A stretch of 63,136 nucleotides of DNA, filler included, from Dimargaris cristalligena (GCA_003614675.1; 27 parts of 27 records of this genome joined end to end with filler, not necessarily neighbours in it), one strand, 5' to 3'. Shown: positions 1 through 12,822, numbered from the whole stretch's first letter. A program made the numbers and translations. The notes: generated from the sequence alone by a model not told the origin.

Positions 1-2284
1 GTAGGAACGTTGATTGTACCAGTGGTCGCCGCCGTGCTCCCTCGAGGTACGTTCCTCCTGGGAACCAACTGGGCTGACCTTGCGCAGCCCGTAATCGACA
101 TCAAGAACCGGACCATCAGTCTCGGATTACAGGAGACGCCCTTACGGGTCCTCCAACCCACCGTCATCCCACCACAAACTATGGTACCCATCGACGTACG
201 AGCCGATGGCCCGGTCCCCCTGACTGCCTATATCCACGCCCTGGCCAATAGTCCCGTTCGCGCTGTCCCCGGGATAGTGCAATTCAATCAAGGAGACACG
301 TGGGTCCTGGTGGGGAACCCCACCACCGAGCCCATTATGCTCATGCCGGAGACCCGCGTGGGCCTGGTAACCACTGATCCTGACGCCGATGACATAGCAG
401 ACACCCCGCTAGGACAAGCCTTAACAGCCACCGAGCAGCTTGCCCTCCACGCGGTCATTCGCAACCATGGACTATTCGCTACCAACCCGAAGTGCCCCGC
501 GATCACACCCAGCACCACACATCGCATCGAGCTATTAGATGACACCCCCATACGGAGCCGGGCCTACCGCACCCTGTGGGCAAAGAAAGCTGAACTCCAG
601 AAGGAGGTCGCCGAAATATTACAGAACGGCATCATCCAACCCTCCGAGAGCACTTAGGCCAGCCCCATCACACCCGTCCTGAAAAAAGACGGCACTACCC
701 GGTTCTGCATCGACTTCCGGAAACTGAATAAGGTAGCCCGTAAGGACGCCTACCCCCTGCCCAGCATCGAAGAAGCCCTTGACTGCCTAGGGTCCGCAAC
801 CTACTTCTCGACCCTGGACCTGGCCTCCGGGTATTGGCAGATCCCCATGGACCCCGCGGACATGGAGAAGACGGCATTCACGACTGGCGACGCCTTATAC
901 GAGTTCACGGTAATGCCGTTTGGCCTGTGCAATGTGCCTGCCACCTTCCAATGACTCATGAACGAGGTACTGCGGAAGCACCTAAACGTTCGATGCCTTG
1001 TCTACCTCGACGATGTGATTATCTTCTCGAAAACCCTCGAAGACCATTGTGTGGACCTACGGCTTGTACTCGACACATTACGGGAGCACGGGCTACAGCT
1101 CAAATGCAGCAAGTGTCTATTCGGGGCCCGACAAGTCCCGTACCTTGGCCATGTCATTGCCCGGGATGGTGTGTGCCCCAGTCCTGACAAAGTCACTGCT
1201 ATAGAAAATATGCCGGCCCCCACAACCGTCAAGGATGTCCAGAGCTTCTTAGGCCTGGCCTCGTACTACCGCCGGTTCATTAAGAACTTCACGGCCCATT
1301 CTACGGCCCTCCGAGGGCTCATCAAGAAGGACACCCCTTTCGTTTGGACCGAAAAGGAGCAGACCGAGTTCGACGACTTACAAAAATGTCTGTCGGGAGA
1401 CCCCATTCTCCGCTACCCCGCGTTTGACCGGCCATTCATAGTCCAAACGGACGCCTCAAATACCGGCGTGGGCGCAGTACTTATGCAAGAGGAGGAGGGG
1501 CAAGAACATGTGGTTGCGTACGCCAGCGCAAGGCTGGACCCTGCACAACAAAACTATTCAGTCACAGAACGAGAGTGTTTGGCAATCCTATTTGCCCTAA
1601 AGAAATTCAGGCCCTATCTCTATGGGCAACATTTCACGATCGAAACAGATCACGCACCTCTGCAATGGCTCCGCTTGACCACCCCCCGGTCAGGACGGCT
1701 TGAACGCTGGTACTTGACCATGCAGGAATACAATTTTACCGTCTGGCATCAGCCGGGACGGGTCCATAACAATGCAGATGGGCTGTCTCGTCTGGCCACC
1801 CCCCAGGTCGTGGACCTGGTAGACGAACCACTAGTTGGCTGGACCCACACCGAAAAAAAAAACACCACCGTCGCCGTCCGACGCTGCCACCCCCAAGCAG
1901 TATTACCCACACGAGCGACTCAGGGTGCAGCCGGATACGACCTTGCATGCGCAATCGAGTTCGACCTAGCCCCCCATGAATGTGCGAAAGTGGCCACCGG
2001 ATGGGCCCTCCAGATGGAGCCCCCCATGGTAGCCCTCATCCGGGAACGAAGCTCCCTAGGGCTACGTCACATCGCCGTGAGAGGAGGCATCATTGATGCG
2101 GACTTCCGAGGGGAGGTACAGGTACTTATGCACAACCTCACCCCCGAGCCCCTCCACTTCGAAGCGGGCGACCGAATTGCCCAACTTCTCTTTCAGGAAT
2201 ACGCCTCACCCGAACTATGCGAAGCAACCACCCTGGACCCCACACCGCGTGGATCTGCCGGGTTCGGTTCCACCAATGCCCCAC
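1..2284 (+). mobile_element. Ty3/Gypsy pol fragment (protease C-term - RT - RNase H - dUTPase), two in-frame nonsense codons
   Basis: One frame runs 10-2284 with stops at 655-657 (TAG for W in 'S-T-W-ASP') and 952-954 (TGA for R in 'FQ-R-LMN'). RT motifs RFCIDFRKLN, MPFGL, YLDD. RNase H motifs TDAS, ERECLA, TDH, NADGLSR. Confidence 0.95.
1864..2284 (+). CDS. dUTPase domain fused in-frame after RNase H in Gypsy pol
   Basis: All five trimeric dUTPase motifs in order: AGYDL, RSSL, GIIDADFRGEV, GDRIAQL, RGSAGFGST. Confidence 0.93.
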
Positions 2285-2384
2285 NNNNNNNNNNNNNNNN
2301 NNNNNNNNNNNNNNNNNNNNNNNNNNNNTTAATTAATTAANNNNNNNNNNNNNNNNNNNNNNNNNNNNNNNNNNNNNNNNNNNN
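2285..2384. other. Artificial contig linker (N44-TTAATTAATTAA-N44), first of 26
   Basis: The identical 100-bp spacer with six-frame stops recurs about every 2.3 kb (4664, 7038, 9405, 11772, 14139 ... 60820). Flanking sequences are unrelated. Confidence 0.99.
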
Positions 2385-3990
2385 GCTGCAACGGCAGCAT
2401 ATCACACCGACGACAATGATGGCGGCTCCACCTGTTTTCCGGGCACAAAACAGGGGAGACGGACCGGCCGGCCGGCTGGCACCATGGCGGAACGGTCACA
2501 TACGGCGGAGGCTTGGCAGGGACGACACGGACGGATGTCGCGACAACCGGGCGGCAAAGGTAAGCGGAGTTTGAATGAGCAAAGCGGAGATGAAGGTTGC
2601 GGGCAAAGGACGAGCGTGACTGACTGACTATAGGGAAGGGAAGGAGGCGCGCGTGTGTGTGTGCGTGTGTTATTGTAGGAGGGAACAAGCGCTAAATGGA
2701 CGGGTTTGGGCCGGACAATAAAGAGAGGGCGGACAAGACGGAAGGCGTGGTGTAGAAGGCAAGGGCGGAAGCGCCGAGCGGTAAGTTGACAATGGGACAG
2801 GGCGGAAGAGAGAGCGCGAGTAGAAGGAAGCTTTGTGACGATTTGGATGTAGAATAGCGGCCATGGCGGCGAATGGCCGCCGCTTTATAGCTGTAGATTG
2901 CGATTGTCGCCGCGACTGCCCTCGAGCATTCGACTATCGGGTCGATGTTTTGCCCGGGGAGAAGAGCGCAGGCGCGCACAACTGATCAGGCCAGACATGC
3001 ATGGCCGGTGCCAATAATAAAGAGCAGCTGTCATGGTGTGACATCTTTGTCCGCGCGCAATGTAGCCAATCCGCCATTGAACACGTAGCTGCAATTGTCA
3101 CGGCCATTGCCGATTTAGGCGAAGCAGATGATCATTGCTGCACACTTGGCGACACAACATTGACGGCAAAAGCCTTTTTTATTATGCATGTCGTTGTTGC
3201 TCGTAGCACGCGCGCCAGTCAGATGATCAGCGCCGACAACGGGCTTAGCGGATGTGGCAACTGCTTGCCCGAACAATTGCACCATTAAGCGAACATTACC
3301 ATCGAGTGTGACGGCGATGTGCGCCAGGAAATGGGCGGCAAATAGGCAGTCCATGCAATTAGCTAATCAATGGGCTGGCCATCCACCAACACAAGCGTGT
3401 CCTATGTCGCTCGATGTGCCTGTGCGTGGAAATGGACGTCGTATGTAGGGAGGAAGACAGGGCATAGGGCACACAACATTGCTGCTCGCCTGCATCCGGC
3501 TATGGATGTCCGTGTCGTTCAAAGCAATGCCCAATGCATGGACAAGAAGGCCACAGCTGGTGCAGGCGAGCATGCATCGCACTCGACACGATTGTCCTGT
3601 CATCATTGCATCATAACGAACTGATTGGCCACATACGATGAGCAATGCTCGCCGCAAGATGCAGTCAATGAACAAAGAAAGCAAACTGGATTGCATGCTA
3701 TCGTTGTACAACGAAGCAATGATTGTCGTCATCGCTTCTAGCCATGAGCGATGGATATGAATGTGGCAGAACAAGCAGCGGCACCAGTGTACATTCTATT
3801 GAGCATTACACGGCCAGTAGTTGCTAGTAATAAATAGTAGTGGTAGTTTATTATGTTATTTTAGCATAGCCGCCTAGAATGGAGCTGGCATTGGACAGAA
3901 GAGAGCTGTGCTGGCTCGCTCCAATGCCTCTATAAACATACATGCGGAGGCGCTATCTTTTTGCTTGCTCGTCGTCATCATCATCATAGC

Positions 3991-4662
3991 CTACAAGGCC
4001 ATCAGGTCTGTTCGGCGTCGACGTGTTGCCGGCAGCAGCGACAGGCTGACAATGGCCGCTGCAAACAGGCCCACCGTAATGCCGAGCGACGTCATGATCA
4101 TGTTGATCGCGAAGAGCAGGCCGTCGTTCTGGCTTTGCTGCAGGAATGCCAGTGTGCCGCGTACGCCCAGACTGCCCGGCACGAGCAGAAGGATGGCCGG
4201 CAGCACGGGCACCACCGCCGGCTCGCCCGTGAGCGCCGCGTAGATGTTGCCCACCATGCCGATGACGAACGAGGAGATGGCCGGCGCCGCAATCACCGAG
4301 TGCACGTAGAGCGTGATGAAGTAGAATGTCGTGAAGCCGCACGCCAGCGTCAGCGTCATCACAGGCCATTGGCGCGGCGCGGCCTGCAGCTGGATGTTGA
4401 ACGAGACGGCAATGGCCGGCATGAGCAGGAAGTACCACCACGACGAGATCGACGCGCAGGACGCCTTCGACGACACCTGGAAGTCGTCGAATATGTGCCA
4501 CAGCTCGACGCCCAGCAGCAGGCCGTAGCCCATGAGAATCGCGATGGTCAGCGCGTAGAAGAGGCGGATGGCGCCCGAGCTGATGCAGCGCGACGCCAGC
4601 TCCATCACCGACGTCGTGAGCATGAGGCCCGGCAGCACCATGATGACCGCCGCCAGCGCCAT
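3991..4662 (-). CDS. ThrE/Prm10-like threonine/serine exporter family membrane protein, C-terminal part (5' truncated)
   Basis: Multi-TM hydrophobic ORF with LPG..LT.SVMELASR..ISG.IRL.YA and PAILLLVPGSLG motifs. Strong GC3 bias. Confidence 0.85.
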   Translation of the reverse strand: MALAAVIMVLPGLMLTTSVMELASRCISSGAIRLFYALTIAILMGYGLLLGVELWHIFDDFQVSSKASCASISSWWYFLLMPAIAVSFNIQLQAAPRQWPVMTLTLACGFTTFYFITLYVHSVIAAPAISSFVIGMVGNIYAALTGEPAVVPVLPAILLLVPGSLGVRGTLAFLQQSQNDGLLFAINMIMTSLGITVGLFAAAIVSLSLLPATRRRRTDLMAL

Positions 4663-4763
4663 TNNNNNNNNNNNNNNNNNNNNNNNNNNNNNNNNNNNNN
4701 NNNNNNNTTAATTAATTAANNNNNNNNNNNNNNNNNNNNNNNNNNNNNNNNNNNNNNNNNNNN

Positions 4764-4837
4764 AGGGGTGTACTTCTGATAAGTGCAAAAAATAGATAAA
4801 AAATAAAAGTAGGTAAAAATGTGGTAAGTTTACCACA
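4764..4837. repeat. LTR-like repeat family C, terminus
   Basis: Matches 9115-9190 (reverse complement), 14305-14378 and 21563-21637. Ends ...TTACCACA. Confidence 0.8.
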
Positions 4838-4996
4838 GTGGGTATGATTTTAACCCACTGTGGCATGGTTTCTAGTTGCCCCAGCAACACTGACCCTGGG
4901 TATATTTCACAGGAGTGGACACCAAAGCCAGCACCCAGGCCCAGTGATATGATGGCTTCAGCTCAAAGTGAAGACACCCAAGTCCATTGAGTCACC

Positions 4997-6418
4997 ATGT
5001 CTGGCAAATGGGAAAACATGGATGACAATTCCCAGCCCAAGGAGAAGACTGGGATGATGTATGGGTCTTTGCCACTGGAGGTTCAACAACAAATGGATGA
5101 TAACCCTTATACTCAAGATTCAAGCCAACCTGCTGAAGCATCAGAAGGCAATCAGAAATTAGTATACTTCAATGGCAATGACCAAGAATTTGCCAATGTA
5201 AGTAAACAAGCCAGTATAATAATTATCTTTGGCAAAAGTCATTTCAGTTTCCACTTACTAAACTTTATCAGCAATACCAATGACAGTATTCCTCAATATG
5301 CCATCCTGCACCATTTATTTCATTGACATTTTAATATGATTTACTCACACCATTACTATACATTATCCCCAATTTGGTTATATGTTGTTCACCACCTAAT
5401 CCGCTTACCTAATTATATGATGACTCCCATACTATGGGAACTAAGTTTACTGCAAATAAAAGGGATGCCATTATCAGGACAGTTGCATGTGTTGAAATTA
5501 CAAAGGCCGTGATGAGTGATGTTTACTATCACACCAATTTTAATTACATCACACTAACAGGCAAAAAAGTTTTTCATGGAGGCTCCTCTTCAACTAGTAC
5601 TGGAGATGACTACAATGATGATGATGTTAGTGATGCAGATATCCTTTTGCAAGTTGATGGCTTTACATCCTTGCTTAATGATGTTTATTCCAACTGGTGG
5701 TACATGTGCCTTGGCAAACTGGATCAGGATCAGCTTGTAGTGGCATACCCATTAGCAGAGATAGCTCTCCAAACTGATATCCATCAACTCAAGCAGATCA
5801 CTAATGACACAGCAAGTCTAGATGGTATATGACAGTATACTGAGCATATTTCCACAGCATAATGGATTTCTGGAGATTTATATGAAGGGTGATATTCAAC
5901 AAACCATTTTCACCAATTGGTTTGACAAGGAGTTTAGATACTACGTAATTTACATGCTCATCGGAGTCTTTGTCACAAAAAATAATTTGGCATTACTTGG
6001 TGAATATTTCACTATACTCAGGACTGGTCACCTTTTTCTTTATGATTTTGGTGCTTACGCTGATCTATTAGCTTTGGAATTGGGGTTTGGAGACCAAGCT
6101 GATATTCTCAAAAACTTGAAACAACATGCCTGGTCCGCTAGCGAATGTGCCTTCCAATTGGGTTTCACAATAGCCACCGAGATTCTGGTCACGGAAACCC
6201 GAAAGTATTGGAGTAAAGGCCTTCAACCTTCAGCCTCCTGCGGCCGTGCGTCGATTTTAAATCGAAACCTCTACATCAAGCGCACCACTCTTGCGGAAGG
6301 GTCAACAGACACCTCAGTTTCCCTCTTCACTAACAGTCTGATATTGCCCCAAGATTTAAACCTTCCCGAGTCAGCCTTTCAAGACTCCACCTTGACAAAC
6401 CATCTAGTGGACGAATAG
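4997..6418 (+). pseudogene. Disrupted or intron-split ORF of unknown product (segments 4997-5326, 5434-5832, 5822-6418)
   Basis: Consecutive same-strand ORFs with protein-like composition. No recognised motif. Confidence 0.4.
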
Positions 6419-7137
6419 CTCAGGGGCTCTGGGTATAGTAAAGAGGACGTGGAAGCCATGCGGACTAAATTTCTAACCCGGAATGGGTCCCAGTAATTGT
6501 ATTACGTGCCTTCTTCTGATCCTCCTTGAACGGTCCCCGTGCACCCCAAATCAGATCATGGACCCGCGGCCCTCCATATTGCCATTGTTAATCGGCCACC
6601 GTCAAGTGGGTCTATTTGGCCCTTCCAGATTGTTATGGCCCTTAATCGCTTTACCTCTATCGCTTATCTTAGCCCTGGAATTATATTCGCTAGTACACTG
6701 GTCCCCCGGTCTTTTAGCTGGCCTGTTTTTAACAAATATTAGATGCATCGTTTTGTGATTTGGTTTAGTATGCTGTCTAATTTTATGTTTTATTTATGGG
6801 AAATGAATAAACTTCCCAACTTAACCGTCTTTTTATTTTTTTTCATATACTATGAAAATGGATGTGCCAATTGAAAAGGGAGGTAGAACCCTTATTTTGC
6901 ATCCCTAGGCTTAATAAAGTAAATAGGGTTTCCAACCCTACTTTCCACGATTCAATATGGGTAAAGTTCAACCCGACTATATAGGGTAAAATCCATATAA
7001 GGGGGCCATCATATTTAGGTCACGTGACCTTTAGAGGNNNNNNNNNNNNNNNNNNNNNNNNNNNNNNNNNNNNNNNNNNNNTTAATTAATTAANNNNNNN
7101 NNNNNNNNNNNNNNNNNNNNNNNNNNNNNNNNNNNNN

Positions 7138-7189
7138 TCACATGCGCCTCACACGCGCAAGGTCTCCGGTTCGATCCCGGATCTTGACA
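7138..7189 (+). tRNA. tRNA-Val(CAC), 5' part cut off by contig start
   Basis: Anticodon arm TGCGC-CT-CAC-AC-GCGCA, T-arm TCCGG-TTCGATC-CCGGA, acceptor 3' strand TCTTGAC+A, followed by T-runs typical of a Pol III terminator. Confidence 0.92.
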
Positions 7190-7455
7190 TTTCTGTTTTT
7201 ATTTAACAGTTTAGGACCTACTCTAGCCAAATCTGGTATAATATATCCTTTATTTTACTTACATTATACGCGTTATCATCCCTCAACTTTACGATTGCTA
7301 AATCAAGGATGTCCTATGTTCAAATCAGTTGCCCTTTTTACATATTAGAAGTATATCACCATTCAAGACCAGTTCACTTTACCAATTTATTTCTAAATAT
7401 TGGTAAACCTTAATGCCCAATTTTCAACCCACTAAAGATGCTTTAACTTATAATT

Positions 7456-8006
7456 TGTTGCCCGGGTTATCCACTCTTAGTCTGTCAAGAGTCCCAGGGA
7501 TAGGCTGCTAATGGTAGGTGGGGCTTAGGCTTAGCCAAGTGGGCTACTAGCATTAGGGAGGGATTGGTACTAACTAATAAAGGAGGAGTGTAGGCTAATG
7601 CAAGGGACATGCAGTGGGCACACTTACTGGCTAATACAATGGTTGAGTGTATAATGAGTTTATTGGGGTAAACTATAGGGGTAAGAAATAAGCTAAGGAA
7701 CTGAACCAGTCCCAGAGGGGCCCAGTTATTTATATGCAGGGACCACTCATAATGAGGGGTCCTTAAGAGCAATGGGATGACTAAAGAAGAGGTGAGGGGC
7801 AGAGTCTTGACTGGGTAGGCTTACTTTCAGAAGACTCCACTAAGAAAGGAGGAATGTTAGATCAGCCGGTGGAATGTTGTGTAAGAAGCATTGGGGCCTG
7901 GTCATAGTGGGTTATATAGCAAGGGAAGAGTAATATGGTGCAATAAGGTAAGATCGGATGGGATAATCAGTATTCCTGTATTTAGGGAGGATTAGGCAGG
8001 CTGGCA
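7456..8006 (-). mobile_element. Solo LTR, family A
   Basis: TG...CA ends, near-TSD TAATT/TGATT, homologous to 57092-57652. Confidence 0.85.
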
Positions 8007-8609
8007 TGATTAATTCTTAAATTGATTTATATGTCTATGCTTATTATTGCACTATAGTATTCTGAATATACACTAAAGTTTAAGTTTAGTTATTATGGTT
8101 TAATAGGCCAGGGTCACCTGGAAATATGATAATGGTTACTCTGACCACCAACTGGTAGTCACAAGTCATCAATTTAATTATCAGTAACTGAGGATAGCAT
8201 AGACTATTACTAATTATATAATTATAATATAATATGATAAAAAACATATCAGTCAGGTCTTATATAGTTAGAAGTTCATTTCCCTAGGTGTTTGAGATAA
8301 GTTTCCTCATTCAAAGTGGTACAAAGATACCTGATAATTGAGGTTAGTTAGAAAGGCAGCTTATGCCTCTATCAAATTATATTCTTAGAGACTCTCCCAT
8401 CATAGAGAGAATTATATCCCAACTCTCAATACAGTCAATAGTCATATAATAAAACACATAGTGGAGTGTATTCCACACAACCCTTGCAGCTTTCTTTACT
8501 TTCATTTACTTTGATACACTAAGGCTTTGTATTGTAGTATATTCATTCATTCTAATAATAATTAGGATAATAATCCAATTGGATGTAAATCTATAATTAT
8601 TGTATAACA

Positions 8610-9110
8610 ATAATTCCCCTCAGTGAGTGCCTTAGAAATTCAAGCTTATTGCCTTTTTAAAAGCCCTGATACAAAGTGCTTTTGTCAAAAAGTCAGTTTG
8701 TTATTCTTCACTTTTTACTTGTTTTAATATTACTTCAACTTTACAAATATTATCACTTATCATATGATATCTTAGGGAGATGTGCTTGGTAGCATCATGA
8801 TGCCCTGGATTAGTGGCATTTTGGATATAGGTACTATTATCACATTCTAGAGTAGTACTTTTGTTAAATGTTTCACCCAAGAATTTGTGAGTCACCCTTA
8901 GCCATAAGATTTCTTTTATTACCACTGCTGCCGCAATGTACTCAGCCTCTGCTGTTGATGTTGCAACACACTTTTGACACTTTGATACACAACTGATAGG
9001 ACCACTGGATAATCAAAAGATAAAGCCACTTATTGATCACCTATCATATTTGTTGGTTCCCCAATCACTATCACATACTCTGATGATACCATTTTCTTGA
9101 GATATTTCAC
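8610..9110 (-). mobile_element. Degenerate Ty1/Copia RNase H end plus polypurine tract
   Basis: Translates to ...STAEAEYIAA...CDN...TKHISLRYH...DFLTKAL, then GAGGGGAATTA-TTGTT (PPT/LTR junction) at about 8610-8621. Confidence 0.85.
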
Positions 9111-9114
9111 CAGT

Positions 9115-9404
9115 TGTGGGGAACTAACCACATTTTTTACTTACTTTTATTTTTAATACATTTTTTGCACTTATCGGAAGTACGCCCCTGACAAGTGAAT
9201 GAGCCCCTGCCCCTGATGAGTATGGCCATTTTTCCTCCATTTTCATTATTATATTGTTTTTCCTATTATTTTATTTTATACCCTTAACTATGATACACCC
9301 CTGCCCCTGACTGGACGATACCCCTGTATTCACACTACCCCTGGCCCAGCTGTGCCCCTATTCAAAGAATAGCTAACAATAGCTTTCTCCCTTTCTTTTT
9401 ATCC
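9115..9404. repeat. LTR-like repeat family C abutting the Copia fragment
   Basis: Starts TGTGG, has internal GCCCCTG sub-repeats, homologous to 21318-21637. Confidence 0.8.
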
Positions 9405-10789
9405 NNNNNNNNNNNNNNNNNNNNNNNNNNNNNNNNNNNNNNNNNNNNTTAATTAATTAANNNNNNNNNNNNNNNNNNNNNNNNNNNNNNNNNNNNNNNN
9501 NNNNGATTGGAAGCAATTCATTATAAACGCTACATAATGGAACACAGTCTTGATAATGGCATTGAAGCAAGGAGCCACTGATGCATTACTGCACCCATTG
9601 TCTAGACTGATAGTGGAATAGGGGAAATCGGTGTATTTTATATCGCTTCCAATAATTATATATCAATGAAGGAATATAAATACAATAACCGGCCCACCTA
9701 AACTTCACAATATAAATAAAAAAATAACAAAAATAAAAAACTTGCCTTATCAAAAGCCCACTTAATGGGCTTTATAATTGGTGATCGGGGGTCAGCGGTG
9801 GGATAATCCCTTCCAGGCTGATTATTTTTCTTGGGTATAAAGTTGATTGTAAAAGCCATGATGTTAGAAAGTCTGACTATAATGATTTTTATGAACGATT
9901 TGGGGAGAGAAAATACCATAGTTTATATACCTGGTGGAAGCACACCACCCAGCCTAGGGATATGGGTGCTTAAGGTTAACAGCATAACAAAAACCTGTGA
10001 AAAATTCACACTGCAGAAACTACAATGGACAATTCATATGGGAAGGTCAACTCATGGCTATTGCCACCAACCTAGGCCATATGGAAGGCGGATATTATGC
10101 TCCCAAATGGTCATTATTGTCCATAGTTCTGCTTCTGACATTGAATCTCCCTTACCAACAAAGGGAATACAGCTGTAATATCAAAAGATGTAGTTTATTT
10201 TTGCACACTAAATAACAATAGTCTAGTCTATTCATGATTAGACCTGACAATGGGATCACCCTTCTAACTAGGCCCAAATATGAAGGCTACATGGTTAGTG
10301 CCTTTACTGGTGCTGATGTCCGGGGCCTGTCTATTCCAAAGAGATGAGTATTTCATAGATGAGGGCACCCTCACCCCGTTTGTAGATACGTCCCATTATC
10401 CTGATAGTCACCACACTCGTGACCAGGGCGGTCAAGAGTACCACTGATATTGTCCTAATAACTTCAATTAGTATAAAACAAAGTGCAGCATAATAACACC
10501 CCTCCCCCTTCATCAAGATAAAATGACCATATATAAAGTTATTGTTGTTGTTCTTTCGAGTTATAGCATCAAAAAGCCCTATTCAGCAGGATTTAATGTC
10601 ATTACCGGAGTCTGGACTGTTTCGGAATTTCAAAAGCTGCCTTCTGCCATTAAAGATTCATGTTTCTATGCATTGTGAATTCTACTGTATATTACCATTT
10701 GCCCATTTATAGACAGACATTCCGTATTAGAGGAAATCCACCTGACTCGACGGTTCTTGGCACAGGACATTATGTACTGATATCTTAAA

Positions 10790-11133
10790 CATAATAATTG
10801 TATATCTATAGAGCTGGGCCGCAGACTACTATTTCAGGAATCATATCATTCAAGCCTGTACCATAGTTGAATTTTTAATTAACTATTTGAGTATATAGCC
10901 GGTCCACCAGTGAAGTCCATTTGACCATTACATGAATATACCTGTGTATGGGAATTTAGTAAAATTCACTGTGACTGGATTATGGGGTCACTAATAATAT
11001 TACTACTCCCTGTTTAGGTTATCAACAGCCTAGGACTATCAGTTACATCATTAAGCCAATTGTCACTAATTTGTATTGTTACTTCAGTTATTGCTTCAAG
11101 GCCTGCCAGGCTTTGCAGTAGCCTGTAGACTAC
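10790..11133. repeat. Unclassified dispersed repeat (family B)
   Basis: Reverse-complement match to about 41308-41640. Confidence 0.75.
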
Positions 11134-11402
11134 ATTACTCTAATAATCTTGCATTTGTAATGCTGGGACCAAGGAGGACAAGGGGAATTGACGTGACCTT
11201 ATTGGGTGGGGGGTAGACCTCAATAGTAGGTAAGCCCAAAAGATTGTTGGACTTTTGGATTTGGAGGCCAGTGAGAAGATGTTTCCAACATTAACATATC
11301 TGCCAGAGTGATAGCCCAGTAACAGGATTGTCTAAATAGTGGATTTGCTGGGTACTATTTGTTAGTATAAATAAGAAATTTAAATGAACCTTGTAAAGTC
11401 AA

Positions 11403-11771
11403 TGTTACCCAGGTTAACCACTCTTAGTCCATTAAGAGCCCTGAGGATAGGCTTTTAATGGCAGATGGGGCTTGGACTTGGCCAAGCAGGTCTTAGTACT
11501 AGGTGGGGGACATGGTACTAACTAATAAAGGCTATAAGATATAGGTATAAGCCAGGGATGTGTAGTAAGCACACTTACTAGTTGATACAAGGGTGGTGAG
11601 TATATATAGAGTTTATAGGGGTAAACAGGGGGTAATAATAAGCTAAGGGCTCAAATCAGTCAAAATGTGGCCCAGTTATATATACACAGGGAAAACTCCA
11701 GAGGGAGGTCGCCAGAAAAGGGTACTACTAAGACTAGGGTAAGATAAATAGGCTAACCAGATGGCCATAAG
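11403..11771 (-). mobile_element. LTR family A, truncated by contig end
   Basis: TGTTACCCAGGTTAACCACTCTTAGTC... matches the family A terminus. Confidence 0.85.
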
Positions 11772-11880
11772 NNNNNNNNNNNNNNNNNNNNNNNNNNNNN
11801 NNNNNNNNNNNNNNNTTAATTAATTAANNNNNNNNNNNNNNNNNNNNNNNNNNNNNNNNNNNNNNNNNNNNTAAGATAAC

Positions 11881-12223
11881 TGTAGGCAAAACTGCCGGTA
11901 CAATTCAGAAGAATGAAAAAAAAGATGTTTTATTAAGAGTTGTGATTCTTGAAGGTATTTATACTGAAGAGGTGGTTGAAGTCCAACCTATATGGTATTA
12001 CTGCTTGAATTGATAAATAATGAGGAATTTATGAATATATCTGGCTACTGATGATATCAAATATAAATGTAAGTGGTATTTGATGTATCTCTTGCTTGCT
12101 ATGATATTGTAAGGCTATAAAATAATAAATCATGACTTTGCTGATAAAAGGATATAAAAATAGAATGTGATTGAAAAAGGGAATACTATGATTGACTAAG
12201 TAGTCTCAGGTCCTACCACAACA
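11881..12223 (-). mobile_element. LTR family D, full length
   Basis: Reverse complement of the 3' LTR at 60436-60779, TG...CA ends. Confidence 0.85.
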
Positions 12224-12227
12224 TTTG

Positions 12228-12735
12228 TGTCATAAAACAGTGGGAAAATATTGAAAATGAAAGTTTAAATAGTAATAAACATATGGTAAAAATTGGCAAA
12301 AGAATTGGTTATCTCAAAGGCAAGAAACAGGGTATTAAAGTCTGCTTTATTAATGATGGGTGATTACCCCTTATTTATATGTCGGGAAATAAATCAAGGG
12401 GTTAGGGTATTCAGGGGTGATGGAAAGTAGTAGCTGGTCTTAATATCATTGTTGGAATAACCACTGGTGGTCCTGGGTCACTTGATGTTATTGGCTGGGA
12501 ATATTGGGGATGGCAGTGGTGTTGCTGGTTTTAATTGAGTTCCGAATGAGTTTATTCTAATAAACTCAGTGGCTTAGTTACTCAGGATGTCATAGGAATA
12601 TTTGGTACTTGGGGGTTGGGGATTCCTGAAGGATGACTGGGGGAATCACTAGACTGGTCCTGAGGATATCCTGGTGACCTGGGCCTGGGAATATATGCCA
12701 CTAAAGTTTATGGTTCTTGGGGAGGTGGCACAACA
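12228..12735. mobile_element. Putative solo LTR, family G
   Basis: TGTCA...CAACA ends, near-TSD ATTTG/ATATG. A second partial copy lies at about 13580-13743. Confidence 0.55.
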
Positions 12736-12822
12736 ATATGTAGTAATAGGTAGTAAATACCCTTAAGCTTCAGTGATATCACTGATGATGTACCCAATGA
12801 CCATTAATCAAATCATCACCAT

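Noticed and set aside
655-657. Programmed stop-codon readthrough in Gypsy pol
   Set aside because: The stop replaces a conserved Trp inside RT and a second stop replaces Arg, which fits transition mutations.
2329-2340. TTAATTAATTAA regularly spaced repeat and ORFs ending in 'XXXLIN'
   Set aside because: Artificial six-frame-stop linker between contigs.
3953-4719. Arg/His-rich ORFs 3961-4719 (+) and 3953-4501 (-)
   Set aside because: Shadow frames of the GC-rich ThrE-family gene.
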